A stretch of DNA of 45,689 nucleotides from the IMG/VR virus record IMGVR_UViG_2711768009_000006. One strand, given 5' to 3'. The notes below the pieces were generated by a model. It saw only the letters and a program-made list of their open reading frames with translations, searched no databases and had not been told where the DNA came from. Each line of letters starts with the position of its first letter. Position 1 is the stretch's first letter. Positions 10,541-19,537 of this stretch are shown piece after piece. A program made the position numbers and the translations under genes. This stretch comes from a virus. Lineage: Duplodnaviria; Heunggongvirae; Uroviricota; Caudoviricetes.

Positions 10541-12430
10541 ATGAGCAAAGTAAAAATCGGTGAATTAATAAACTCACTTGTTAGCGATGTTGAGTCAATA
10601 GATAACTCTGACCGTCCTCAAGGGGAAAAAACAAAAAAAATAAAGGCTGTTGCATTAAAATTTAAAAATGCATTATTTAATGATAAGCGAAAGTTTAGGG
10701 GGAAAGGATTAGAAAAAAGAATTACAGCCAACACATTCAATGCCTATATGAGCAGGGCCAGAAAACGGTTTGATGATAAACTTCATCATAGCTTTGAAAA
10801 AAATATACATCGCCTATCTGAAAAGTATCCTTTATATAATGAGGAGCTATTGTCATGGCTTTCTCTACCTGCTGCCGATATTCGCCAGAGAATGTCAGCT
10901 TTACAGGCAAAATTAAAATTAATTCTCCCTTTATCAGAAGATTTATCTAATATCAGAATTGGTGATAACAAAAGTCATAATAAGTTATTAAAATTATCAA
11001 ATAAATATAAAGAGTGGCAATTCGCCATATCTGATTTAACTAGCGATAACTGGAAAGATAAGCGCGATTATTTATATAAATTACTACAGCAAGGATCTGC
11101 CTTACTTGAAGAGTTGAATCAGCTAAAAGTTAACCATGAGATTCTCTATCATCTTCAACTAAGCCCTGCCGAACGCGCATCTATCCAGCAACGATGGGCG
11201 GACGTTCTGCACAATAAGAAACGTAACGTGGTGGTCATTGATTACCCTAAATATATGCAAGCTATTTACGATATTATAAATAGCCCTGCTACATTAAATA
11301 ATCTAAACACTCGTTCAGGTATGGCTCCTTTGGCATTTGCACTTGCTGCATTGTCAGGAAGACGAATGATTGAGATTATGTATCAAGGTACATTTACTGT
11401 TTCTGGTAAGTATACCGTTGATTTTTTAGGCCAAGCAAAAAAAAGAACTTCTGATGATATAACCAGAAAAATATATACATTATGCGAAGCAAAAACATTT
11501 GTTTATTTAATAAATGTACTTCGCTCATGCCCAGCAGCATCTGATTTTGATGATGTCGTTAAAGGTTATGGAGATAACGACACACGCTCTGAAAACGGAC
11601 GGATTAATGCCATATTAGCAAAGGCTTTTAACCCGTGGGTCAAATCATTTTTCAAAGATGACCGCCGTGTTTATAAAGATAGTCGTGCTATTTATGCCCG
11701 TATTGCGTATGAAATGTTTTTCCGCGTAGATCCTCGTTGGAAAAACGTAGATGAGGATGTTTTCTTTATGGAAATTTTAGGCCATGACGATGAAAACACT
11801 CAATTACACTATAAGCAATTCAAGCTGGCCAACTTCTCAAAGACATGGAGGCCAAATACTGGAAACGAAAATACCAGGCTGGAAGCATTGCAGCAGCTTG
11901 ATGACGAAATGCCAGGATTCGCCAGAGGAGATGCCGGGGTTCGTCTGCATAACACAGTTAAGCAGCTGGTAGAGCATGACCCCTCTATAAAAATCACGAA
12001 CAGCACTCTAAGAGCATTCAAATTTAGCCCTACAATGATTAGTCGATACCTGGAATTTGCTGCTGATGCTCTGGGGCAATTTGTTGGCGAAAATGGACAA
12101 TGGCAGCTGAAAATAGATTCTCCAGAAATCGTTATGCCTGACGAAGAAGAGCTGGAAGCAATACCTGAACAGACGGATGAATTATCAGAGGATGACGATC
12201 TGGATGACGACGAAATTGAGATAGAGGAAGAGGAAGAGAGCGTAGAAGAACAGCAACCGCCCGCGCCTTCTTCACCTGTATCTAAGCCGGTATTTAAGCC
12301 TGTGAGAAATATTGGTGATGGCTCATACGTTGTTGAGTTTCATTATAATGGCCAGAATTATGCTTGGTCCGGCAGTGCAAACAGCCCTATATCAGCAATG
12401 CAGTTAGCATGGCTGACATATTTCGGATAA
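10541..12430 (+). CDS. telN: Protelomerase TelN (telomere resolvase)
   Basis: 629-aa ORF with SD AGGAGAGG; sequence (MSKVKIGELIN..., RSGMAPLAFALA..., EILGHDDENTQLHYKQFKLANFS...) matches recalled N15 TelN; adjacent to telO; acidic C-terminal tail. Confidence 0.9.
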   Translation: MSKVKIGELINSLVSDVESIDNSDRPQGEKTKKIKAVALKFKNALFNDKRKFRGKGLEKRITANTFNAYMSRARKRFDDKLHHSFEKNIHRLSEKYPLYNEELLSWLSLPAADIRQRMSALQAKLKLILPLSEDLSNIRIGDNKSHNKLLKLSNKYKEWQFAISDLTSDNWKDKRDYLYKLLQQGSALLEELNQLKVNHEILYHLQLSPAERASIQQRWADVLHNKKRNVVVIDYPKYMQAIYDIINSPATLNNLNTRSGMAPLAFALAALSGRRMIEIMYQGTFTVSGKYTVDFLGQAKKRTSDDITRKIYTLCEAKTFVYLINVLRSCPAASDFDDVVKGYGDNDTRSENGRINAILAKAFNPWVKSFFKDDRRVYKDSRAIYARIAYEMFFRVDPRWKNVDEDVFFMEILGHDDENTQLHYKQFKLANFSKTWRPNTGNENTRLEALQQLDDEMPGFARGDAGVRLHNTVKQLVEHDPSIKITNSTLRAFKFSPTMISRYLEFAADALGQFVGENGQWQLKIDSPEIVMPDEEELEAIPEQTDELSEDDDLDDDEIEIEEEEESVEEQQPPAPSSPVSKPVFKPVRNIGDGSYVVEFHYNGQNYAWSGSANSPISAMQLAWLTYFG

Positions 12431-12441
12431 AGCATACGGTA

Positions 12442-12465
12442 AAGGCACCGAATTATCGGTGCCTT
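12442..12465. terminator. Strong hairpin between convergent telN and a minus-strand small-gene operon
   Basis: 10-bp perfect stem AAGGCACCGA / TCGGTGCCTT with loop ATTA; the flanking U-tract is weak on both strands. Confidence 0.5.
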
Positions 12466-12475
12466 GTTGTGTGGT

Positions 12476-12640
12476 CTACCTCGCCTGCCCCTTTTCGTCC
12501 TCATCCAACTTTCTGATGGCCGTAGAATCAATACCCGCCGCCATACACACATCAGATGCAACAAACCACGGTTCGCCGTTAATCATCACTACACGAACCT
12601 GATGCTCTTCCTGAAAGGAAAAGACTGCTAACGCGCTCAT
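12476..12640 (-). CDS. Short Bro-N-like domain protein (54 aa, probably truncated)
   Basis: Below the ORF-track size cutoff; translation MSALAVFSFQEEHQVRVVMINGEPWFVASDVCMAAGIDSTAIRKLDEDEKGQAR resembles the N-terminal half of Bro-N/antirepressor domains; start ATG overlaps the upstream stop (ATGA). Confidence 0.45.
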   Translation of the reverse strand: MSALAVFSFQEEHQVRVVMINGEPWFVASDVCMAAGIDSTAIRKLDEDEKGQAR

Positions 12641-12870
12641 TCAGCCTCCTTATCGTGCAGCAATTGCGACGAGAGCGATGCTGAATAACCCTGTGCTTCG
12701 TGTGTTAGCTCACACGCAATTTGAAGGAGTTTCCCTGCTTCTGAGAGATAAATCGACGCCTCACAACTGGAGATTGTCCGATGGGCTGATGATACGAGCG
12801 CATAGACCTGAGCCAGACGTTCATCCAACGATTCCAGCAGGCCAACAGTGTTCATTTTTACCTGATTCAT
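12637..12870 (-). CDS. Hypothetical protein (77 aa)
   Basis: ORF in the track; ATGA start/stop coupling with ORFs on both sides. Confidence 0.45.
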   Translation of the reverse strand: MNQVKMNTVGLLESLDERLAQVYALVSSAHRTISSCEASIYLSEAGKLLQIACELTHEAQGYSASLSSQLLHDKEAE

Positions 12871-13031
12871 GCAGCCACCTCGCGCACCGGAATACGGGCA
12901 GACAATACCAGGACAAACCGGCTGGCGAACTGGCGACGAGCTTCCCGTTCAGATGACGCGATGGTGGAAAGATGATGGATGTGTGACTTTTTGTCTGTGC
13001 GAACGATTGCCGCAAATTTGAATTTGAACAT
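12867..13031 (-). CDS. Hypothetical small protein (54 aa)
   Basis: Below the ORF-track cutoff; MFKFKFAAIVRTDKKSHIHHLSTIASS...; SD GGAG about 10 nt upstream; its stop overlaps the next start (ATGA). Confidence 0.4.
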   Translation of the reverse strand: MFKFKFAAIVRTDKKSHIHHLSTIASSEREARRQFASRFVLVLSARIPVREVAA

Positions 13032-13193
13032 GGTATGCACTCCGTTTAATTGGTCGTGCTACCACCAGAGTTCCTACGCTCTATATGGCGGTAGCCCAGA
13101 CGGGGGTAGGAATACCGGTAAACGAAGAAACCGGCCAGCTAAAAGCTGCCCCATCTGAGCCACCATAAATTTGGTGTACGCAGATTTTACACA

Positions 13194-13217
13194 CAAAAAA
13201 ACACGCTGGCGCGTGTT
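13194..13217 (-). terminator. Rho-independent terminator ending the minus-strand repA-downstream operon
   Basis: Read on the minus strand: stem AACACGC / GCGTGTT with loop GCCA, followed by a run of 7 U. Confidence 0.6.
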
Positions 13218-13407
13218 GTGCGCTTCATTTACTCGGGTTCCTACGCCCGGCTACGGGATTTACCGTAGCGGAGTAAACTTTACCGTCAAAACGACGCGCA
13301 CGTCAATAATTTGCAAAGACATTTTACCCCGTGACCAGTCACGGGGACAGGTGTTTTTATAGTTTGCTTGAACGAGTGATCAGAAGTTGATCGTTAATCA
13401 AAGGCCA

Positions 13408-13695
13408 TTATTGATTAAGAGATTGGAAATACCTAACTAACTTACCGGCATCATCACATTTTTCTTTATCTTCGTCCTTAACATAGCCGCGACAAAAGGC
13501 TGAATAAAATTTTGCATTTTCAGAAGCAAAAGCAGCCGTCGAAAGGAGCAGCTCTTTGCATGACTCTTTTGATGCAGCATCGGGATTATTTTTACATGCA
13601 AGGTCCGCTGATGAGTTAATAACAGAAATGCTATCTTCCTGGGCATAAACCGCAGCAGAAAAGGCAAAACATAAAACAAAAATAAAACTCTTCAC
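13408..13695 (-). CDS. Small secreted Cys-containing protein with signal peptide
   Basis: GTG start with SD AGGAG 5 nt upstream gives MKSFIFVLCFAFSAAVYA-QEDS (signal peptidase I-like cleavage site); four Cys in the mature part. Confidence 0.55.
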   Translation of the reverse strand: MKSFIFVLCFAFSAAVYAQEDSISVINSSADLACKNNPDAASKESCKELLLSTAAFASENAKFYSAFCRGYVKDEDKEKCDDAGKLVRYFQSLNQ

Positions 13696-13722
13696 TTTAT
13701 CTCCTGTAACAGTCATCACAAT

Positions 13723-14130
13723 TCAATCAACTTTTTTAGCATCAGCCATACGATTCAACCAGAAATCAACAATCGGTTGCTCATCTACAGAATGTTTACC
13801 AGGTATAACTCGCCAGCTATCTTGCGAAAATCTGCCGTACTTACGCGGGAATAGGCCTTTCTTTATCTCCCGCCATGTACTAGGAAAACCATCCACAAAA
13901 GTACCAATTAACAGGAGAGGGACAAAAATCAGAGCTACAAACCATCGTGCAAGAAAGTGTTCAACAACAACATTTTCACCGTTGTAGTAATACGCATACG
14001 CATCCAATATGCGAATTTTCCTTACCTTAAAAATAGCCTTATGCTGATAACGACTTAACTTGATACGAATGTATCCCTTATCCAAAGGGGATTCGTATTT
14101 GTATGATTGAACAGCCATTTTTAACCCCAC
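13723..14130 (-). CDS. Hypothetical membrane protein (135 aa, one predicted TM helix)
   Basis: ORF with hydrophobic segment WFVALIFVPLLLIGTFV; overlaps the upstream gene by 10 nt. Confidence 0.5.
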   Translation of the reverse strand: MGLKMAVQSYKYESPLDKGYIRIKLSRYQHKAIFKVRKIRILDAYAYYYNGENVVVEHFLARWFVALIFVPLLLIGTFVDGFPSTWREIKKGLFPRKYGRFSQDSWRVIPGKHSVDEQPIVDFWLNRMADAKKVD

Positions 14131-14447
14131 TCACCATCAGCAAACAAAGCGTTATACTCTGACAATGGTAGACGGTTGCCCTCGATGTAGAGATTCAGTT
14201 CATACTTCGTCTCCGGGTTTTCCTTGTCGGCTCGTTCCCAACGCTCAGCAGCCTTACGCGCCAATAATTCCACTGCTTTCAGATAATCCTCCGTACGGAA
14301 CCAGCCAAAGATAAGGCCACGATCTGTTACAGCCCAGGCGACCTTTTTTTCTTCCTCCTGGATAGCCCTAATGCGTCGTTCGCATTCATCCCGGCAGAAC
14401 TGCAGCTGACGGTAATCAAGTTTGTCCAAAAATGCAGTAGTAGACAT
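14121..14447 (-). CDS. Hypothetical protein (108 aa)
   Basis: ORF in the repA-downstream operon; no recognised motif. Confidence 0.5.
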   Translation of the reverse strand: MSTTAFLDKLDYRQLQFCRDECERRIRAIQEEEKKVAWAVTDRGLIFGWFRTEDYLKAVELLARKAAERWERADKENPETKYELNLYIEGNRLPLSEYNALFADGEWG

Positions 14448-14451
14448 ATTT

Positions 14452-14643
14452 TTACTCCCCGTTCACCGAAAATTCACGATAGAAACGTTTCCACATACGA
14501 TAAGTCTGCGCAAATTGTTCACCACGAAACATCGCCTTCCTGGCCTTCATGTTTTCCTTGTGAGACTTTCGGTCTATGAACCAAAACCATTGCTGGAACA
14601 CACAAAGCAAGAGACACAAAGATAATATCCACTCATTACCCAT
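14452..14643 (-). CDS. Possible small membrane protein (63 aa)
   Basis: Internal ATG of track ORF 14452..14760, overlapping the repA stop by 8 nt; hydrophobic LSLCLLLCVFQQWFWFI; weak SD. Confidence 0.3.
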   Translation of the reverse strand: MGNEWILSLCLLLCVFQQWFWFIDRKSHKENMKARKAMFRGEQFAQTYRMWKRFYREFSVNGE

Positions 14644-17600
14644 AGAAAGCGCCCTGCTCTTCGTAGCTGCATGAGCTATTCCCCGTAATGTATTCACGTA
14701 ACCGCCGCAGCTCATTGCTGGAAAGGTGATCCATGAACTCTGTGAGGTACAGGGATGCAAACGTCATAGCTATGCTGGCTGATGACCATGATGACATAGT
14801 GGCCAACTCCTCACTGGAAAGCGCACTCATCGCCCAGGACTCAGGTACAGCCACTGGCAACACGGCCAAAGCCTCAGAAATTACTGAATGAGGGGCGTTT
14901 TGAACCTGCTCGTTTGTGGATCGCGTTTTATCATCCATATATATATTGAGATCCAAATCGCGATCCATTTCGATGGCTGTCTTCTCGGCTTTACGCGTTT
15001 TTAGGGTTAGGCCATCTTTCTGACGCTGAACAAGAATATCCAGCATAAATGCCGCTGATTCAGGCTCAACAAAACGCAAGGTTGGACGCTTATCGCCGTC
15101 TCTGCCGCGACGTTTACCTGTTTTAAGGCCAAGAGAGTCGCAAATGTTTTTAAACAACGCTTCCGGCACTTTAGGCTTCCCTTTTGGCGTCATAAAACCA
15201 CCAATGTGCAGAACGTTATTCAACAGGTCACGGCGTTCGGCTGTCATGAGGTTATCTCGAGCGAATTTGAGACGCTCCTGAGTCGCCTCGCCGGTCATAG
15301 TCTCAGGGTTGATACCGCAGTCGATAAAGTACTGCCGGAGAGTTGCTGATTTAAGCGCATAGAAACCGCGCGCCCCGACTTCAACAGTAGGAGTAGCTTT
15401 TACCTTGTGATCGATTATTCCAGGGAATTTAGTTTTAAAGACATCATCAGCCTGCTCGCGAGTCATCGCGGTCACTACAAAATATTGCCACTGTCCCGCC
15501 TGACGGTATGCGTAGGTAAAATTGATGGCTGCTTCTTCCCGGTCGTAACGACGAGCTGTTACCTCATCTAAAAGCATTGTTTCATAGCGGCGAACTTTGT
15601 CTCGAGCACCATCGAAATAGAATTTCAGCGTGCCTTCTTCAACCGGTAGTTTCAGTTCGTTTTCAATATCCCAGCGGACAAGTTTTGCCTGTTCTTCAAG
15701 CGTCAGCGCGCGTTTTTTTAGCAGTTCTTCACGCTCTGATTCTTGTGGAGTTTCTGTATTGAGGTGCAGATCCAGTGTCTGTTCCCACACAATATCCCGC
15801 GCTTCTTTACGCAGATCTTTACCGATATCATTCGCAGCATAATCGGTGGCCAGCGGTGATACCTTATAACCGTCGCTGTGCATGATGCAGATCATGTTGC
15901 TGGCGTAGTCGTTACGCGCAGTCGCTTCAATTGCGGCTGCTTTAATTTTCATCCTGGTAAAGTCGGTATTGGCCACCCCCATTGATATACGGTCGCCATC
16001 GAAAACGACATCCGTAAGTTCACCGTTCATACCTGCGGTAGCAAGCAATGCCTGGGCGAATGCTCGTTCTATTTTTTGCGGGTCAGTTTCACGTTTTGCA
16101 CGAGCTTTATCAAAGCCGATAATAAATTCTTTTGCTGTACGGTCGCGGCGTAGCATTTGCACTGCGTCGCTGGGTACAACTTCACCACAGAACATGCCGA
16201 AATGACGGTCAAAATGTTTTTGCTCAATCGACACGCCGGATGAAATAGACGGGCTATAAATCAGGCCGTCGTATTTTTTGACCATCTTTTTCGGTTGATT
16301 GGTAAATGCTTCAACTTCTGGCTCTGGTTTGTTTTTCTGGTTTACACACAGAAATTTCTTACCAGGAAAATGCATTCTCAGGGTGGCTGTCACATCTTCT
16401 GCAAAGGTGGAGCTGTCGGTGGCCAACATGATTTTTTCGCCATCCGATACAGCTTTCACCACCTCGGTCATGATGCGATCTTTTTCTGTATAAAAAACCC
16501 GGATTGGCTCACCTGTTTCGCGGTTGCGAACATCAACAGGTAATTCAATTACGTGGATCTGCAGCCATGCCGGTAAACCTAGTTCTTCACGGCGTTTCAT
16601 AGCCAGTTCAGCCAGGTCAACCAGTAGATCGTTCGCATCAGCATCCACCATGATTGGGTGTTGTTCCGTTCTGGCCAGCGCGTCAATTAGCGTATTGAAT
16701 ACAGCAACCGGGTTTTCCATAGCCCGACCGGAAAGAACGGCACGTAGCCCTTGTGTGGCCTCGTCAAAGCCAAAATAGTCGTGCTGGCGCATCAACGGTT
16801 GCCAGCAGTTTTTAACAATCGAGTTTATGCAGATGGTCAGTTTACTGGCGTATGGAGCCATTTCCTGATAGCCAGGGTCCTGATAGTGCAGGATATCGGC
16901 TTTTACACCTTTTCCTTCTGTCATCATTTCCCACAGGCCACCAATAAGGGAGACACGGTGAGCAACAGAGATACCACGTTCTGAGCTATGCATTAACGGT
17001 CGTAACAATCCAGTAGATTTGCCGGAACCCATACCAGCACGGACGATGACTATCCCCTGTAGTGATTGCACGTACTTCAGGACATCATCGGTCATTACCG
17101 AAGTTTCAAAACGCTTATAGGTGATATGTTGAGGGCGTTTATTGGGATCAGTTATGCGTTCGCTGAAAGAGCGCGGAGCCTGGGCAATACGGCACTTTTT
17201 ATTCAGGCGACGGGCAATGTGGTCTTTTACCGTAGCGCGATAGATATTTTCCAGTCCCATTTCACGCAGAACGATGCAGAACATGTTAAATAAATCTGAC
17301 GGACTGTTAGGAACCGGACAGGTTAGCATGCCAATATCCACCGCTCTCAGCAGCTCTTTGGCAAAAGTACGACGGTTATCCCGCTTAATTGTCTTCAGGC
17401 GGTTGAGCGTCAGAGATAGCAAATCAGTACCGGTTTTCAGGCGGTTTGCTGTTGCAAATAGTTGACGTGCTGTTTCACGAAGTCCACGTAGTTTGTGCAG
17501 GTCGTTGAAGTCACTGCACTCCATTTGCGGATCGTCTTCAAAAGTTGGATAGACGCAGCGGACATCGTTGAATTTCGATAAGATTTCATAGCCAGTCCGC

Positions 17601-18631
17601 AGGCCGGTATTCCCTTTTCCTTCTGTGGCAGATTTCCGGTCATTATCCAGTGCGCAGGTGATTTTTGCCGCCGGGTACATGTTTACCAGTTGTTCCACAA
17701 CATGAACCATGTTGTTAGCGGATACAGCGACAACCACAGCGTCAAAGCGTTTATCTTTTTTCGTGGCAAGCCAGATGGATGCACCAGTAGCAAAACCTTC
17801 TGTAACAGCGATGTTTTGCGCCCCTTTCAGCTCACCGATAACAAAGCAGGCACCGACGAAATCACCGCTGGTTACTGCGCTGGTCTGGTATTTCCCACCT
17901 TGTTTGTCGATTCGCTGCCAACCCACAATACGACCATCATAACGACCGTCCAGGTGAGCCAGAGGGATAGCCATATATGTGGTTGGCCCCCGGCTCCATT
18001 TCGCACTGTCGTGACTGGTCACGCGACGCACATCACATGAACTAAAAACGTCACGAATACCTTTTTTAATCGCATATGGCCATGAGCCGTCTTCAGCCTG
18101 AGCATGTTCCCACGCGCTGTGGAATGCCAGCCATCCCAGCAAACGTTCATGGTCCATTTGGTTGTTTTTCAGATCATTAATTCGTTTTTGTTCTTCACGG
18201 CGACGACGTGCTTCGGCCTGACGTTCTATTCTTTCCCGTTCTTCTTCTGGTTGTGCGACCACGGTCGCATTATTCCGTTGTTGCTCACGGCGATATTCAG
18301 AAAACAGGAAGGAGAAACCGCTCCATGAGCCAGCATCGCTGCCTTTATGGACGAAGTTAATGAACGGGTAATCAATCCCTTTGCTGTGTTCCAGCCTGGA
18401 GTAAATTTCTACGCGTCCTTTCAGGCTCTTTTCGAGAGCTTCTGGAGATGTTTTATTGTATGAAGAGTAACGCTCAACCCCTCCGCGAGGGTTGAGTTGT
18501 ATGTTGTCGGAACAGGCAGGCCAGTTGATACCAGCCATCTGTGCCAGCTCGGTTAGTTCATCCCGTGCTGCTTCAATTAGCGAGAACGGATCGCTGCCAA
18601 AGCGATCCGCATAGAAATCGTTTAATGTCAT
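14636..18631 (-). CDS. repA: Replication initiator RepA (primase plus helicase multidomain protein)
   Basis: 1331-aa ORF; Walker A AGMGSGKST in the C-terminal half; size and position next to cB match N15 RepA. Confidence 0.93.
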   Translation of the reverse strand: MTLNDFYADRFGSDPFSLIEAARDELTELAQMAGINWPACSDNIQLNPRGGVERYSSYNKTSPEALEKSLKGRVEIYSRLEHSKGIDYPFINFVHKGSDAGSWSGFSFLFSEYRREQQRNNATVVAQPEEERERIERQAEARRRREEQKRINDLKNNQMDHERLLGWLAFHSAWEHAQAEDGSWPYAIKKGIRDVFSSCDVRRVTSHDSAKWSRGPTTYMAIPLAHLDGRYDGRIVGWQRIDKQGGKYQTSAVTSGDFVGACFVIGELKGAQNIAVTEGFATGASIWLATKKDKRFDAVVVAVSANNMVHVVEQLVNMYPAAKITCALDNDRKSATEGKGNTGLRTGYEILSKFNDVRCVYPTFEDDPQMECSDFNDLHKLRGLRETARQLFATANRLKTGTDLLSLTLNRLKTIKRDNRRTFAKELLRAVDIGMLTCPVPNSPSDLFNMFCIVLREMGLENIYRATVKDHIARRLNKKCRIAQAPRSFSERITDPNKRPQHITYKRFETSVMTDDVLKYVQSLQGIVIVRAGMGSGKSTGLLRPLMHSSERGISVAHRVSLIGGLWEMMTEGKGVKADILHYQDPGYQEMAPYASKLTICINSIVKNCWQPLMRQHDYFGFDEATQGLRAVLSGRAMENPVAVFNTLIDALARTEQHPIMVDADANDLLVDLAELAMKRREELGLPAWLQIHVIELPVDVRNRETGEPIRVFYTEKDRIMTEVVKAVSDGEKIMLATDSSTFAEDVTATLRMHFPGKKFLCVNQKNKPEPEVEAFTNQPKKMVKKYDGLIYSPSISSGVSIEQKHFDRHFGMFCGEVVPSDAVQMLRRDRTAKEFIIGFDKARAKRETDPQKIERAFAQALLATAGMNGELTDVVFDGDRISMGVANTDFTRMKIKAAAIEATARNDYASNMICIMHSDGYKVSPLATDYAANDIGKDLRKEARDIVWEQTLDLHLNTETPQESEREELLKKRALTLEEQAKLVRWDIENELKLPVEEGTLKFYFDGARDKVRRYETMLLDEVTARRYDREEAAINFTYAYRQAGQWQYFVVTAMTREQADDVFKTKFPGIIDHKVKATPTVEVGARGFYALKSATLRQYFIDCGINPETMTGEATQERLKFARDNLMTAERRDLLNNVLHIGGFMTPKGKPKVPEALFKNICDSLGLKTGKRRGRDGDKRPTLRFVEPESAAFMLDILVQRQKDGLTLKTRKAEKTAIEMDRDLDLNIYMDDKTRSTNEQVQNAPHSVISEALAVLPVAVPESWAMSALSSEELATMSSWSSASIAMTFASLYLTEFMDHLSSNELRRLREYITGNSSCSYEEQGAFYG
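18254..18269. promoter_or_regulatory. SopB-type centromere-like palindrome TGCGACCACGGTCGCA (inside the repA 5' coding region)
   Basis: 7-bp inverted arms TGCGACC/GGTCGCA with a 2-bp centre; encodes NATVVAQ in RepA; same architecture as the recalled F sopC core TGGGACCACGGTCCCA. Confidence 0.55.
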
Positions 18632-18754
18632 TTTTTAGCCATTCCATGCGAATTATGTTTTTTCGGGTTGAAAAAATCCGCAGGAGCAGCCACAATAAAC
18701 GCATCTTGAATTGACGGAATCCGTCGCGTTACTGTGGCTGCTTCCTGAAAAGGA

Positions 18755-18782
18755 CCCGAGTTTGCCGACTCGGGTTTTTTTT
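18755..18782 (+). terminator. Strong plus-strand rho-independent terminator in the repA upstream region
   Basis: CCCGAGT-ttgccg-ACTCGGG followed by 8 T; no plus-strand coding gene lies upstream. Confidence 0.6.
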
Positions 18783-18876
18783 CGTCTTTTTTCTGCTGCT
18801 GTAACCTGAGTCAACCCACAGAACATATGCCCTGCATTAAACCAGATTTACAGCAAACAATAAACCCCGTATTAAG

Positions 18877-19473
18877 TCATCTACCCTCAACCATGAATGA
18901 TTTGATCGTTCCGACTATTTGGTGAACAAATTCAAGATCGCTTTTCCTGAAGATGGCGCGTTGTGAGTTTGTTCCATCCAGATAGTAATTTTCATCATCA
19001 AAACGGGCCAGGCGCTGGATAGTGATATTTCCTGCAGTATCACGAACCAGAACATCCTCGCCGGGGACCAGTTCCAGCGCAGAATCGACCAGGAGAAAAT
19101 CGCCTGGCTGATAGTTTCCCTGCGTAAGATTGCTGATAGTTAACGCATACACAGTATTGCGCTGGCTGATGAATGGCAGGAATCGCTCAGTATTTGGAAC
19201 CTGTCCCGGCTTCCACTCTTCATCCGGCCCACTTTCAGTTGTGCCAATAACAGGAATGCGATCAGGGTCATATTCTGTCCCATATAGCACCCAATGCACT
19301 GGCTTGCGTAAGCACTTAGCCAGGGCAATACCTATCTCCAGTGACGGCATTACGTCGCCACGTTCTAAGTTTTGGACGCCTGCTATAGAGATATCGACAG
19401 CCTCAGCAACTTCTCGCAACGTCAGCTTCATCTCTAAACGGCGTGCTTTCAGTCGTTCGCCTCGTGTTTTCAT
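18877..19473 (-). CDS. cB: Prophage repressor CB (CI/LexA-like)
   Basis: 198-aa ORF with N-terminal HTH (LTLREVAEAVDISIAGVQNLERG) and a C-terminal domain of CI-like size; divergent from cro with operators between. Confidence 0.88.
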   Translation of the reverse strand: MKTRGERLKARRLEMKLTLREVAEAVDISIAGVQNLERGDVMPSLEIGIALAKCLRKPVHWVLYGTEYDPDRIPVIGTTESGPDEEWKPGQVPNTERFLPFISQRNTVYALTISNLTQGNYQPGDFLLVDSALELVPGEDVLVRDTAGNITIQRLARFDDENYYLDGTNSQRAIFRKSDLEFVHQIVGTIKSFMVEGR

Positions 19474-19495
19474 ACTGTAATCATAAATGATCTTC

Positions 19496-19511
19496 TTATA
19501 GCTGGCTATAA
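19496..19511. promoter_or_regulatory. Putative CB operator O1 (perfect 16-bp palindrome)
   Basis: TTATAGCTGGCTATAA in the cB-cro intergenic region. Confidence 0.6.
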
Positions 19512-19521
19512 AATTTATTTA

Positions 19522-19537
19522 TTATAGCTGGCTTTAA
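19522..19537. promoter_or_regulatory. Putative CB operator O2 (imperfect copy)
   Basis: TTATAGCTGGCTTTAA, 26 bp centre-to-centre from O1; a perfect TATAAT lies at 19553-19558 just before the cro ATG. Confidence 0.55.

Noticed and set aside
13128-13146. Partial match to the CB operator core (TAGCTGGC on the minus strand) upstream of the mini-gene operon
   Set aside because: A single 8-bp core without the flanking palindromic arms; not enough to call an operator.
13171-13362. 63-aa plus-strand ORF with TTG start in the hairpin-rich intergenic region
   Set aside because: No SD and poor coding character; it spans three hairpins including a terminator, so an RNA-level function is more likely (reported as a finding).
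14760-18600. Many 60-120-aa ORFs on the plus strand inside repA (for example 15577..15762, 16295..16543, 17690..18040)
   Set aside because: Antisense to a continuous 1331-aa ORF with a clear Walker A motif; no SD sequences; typical random frames.
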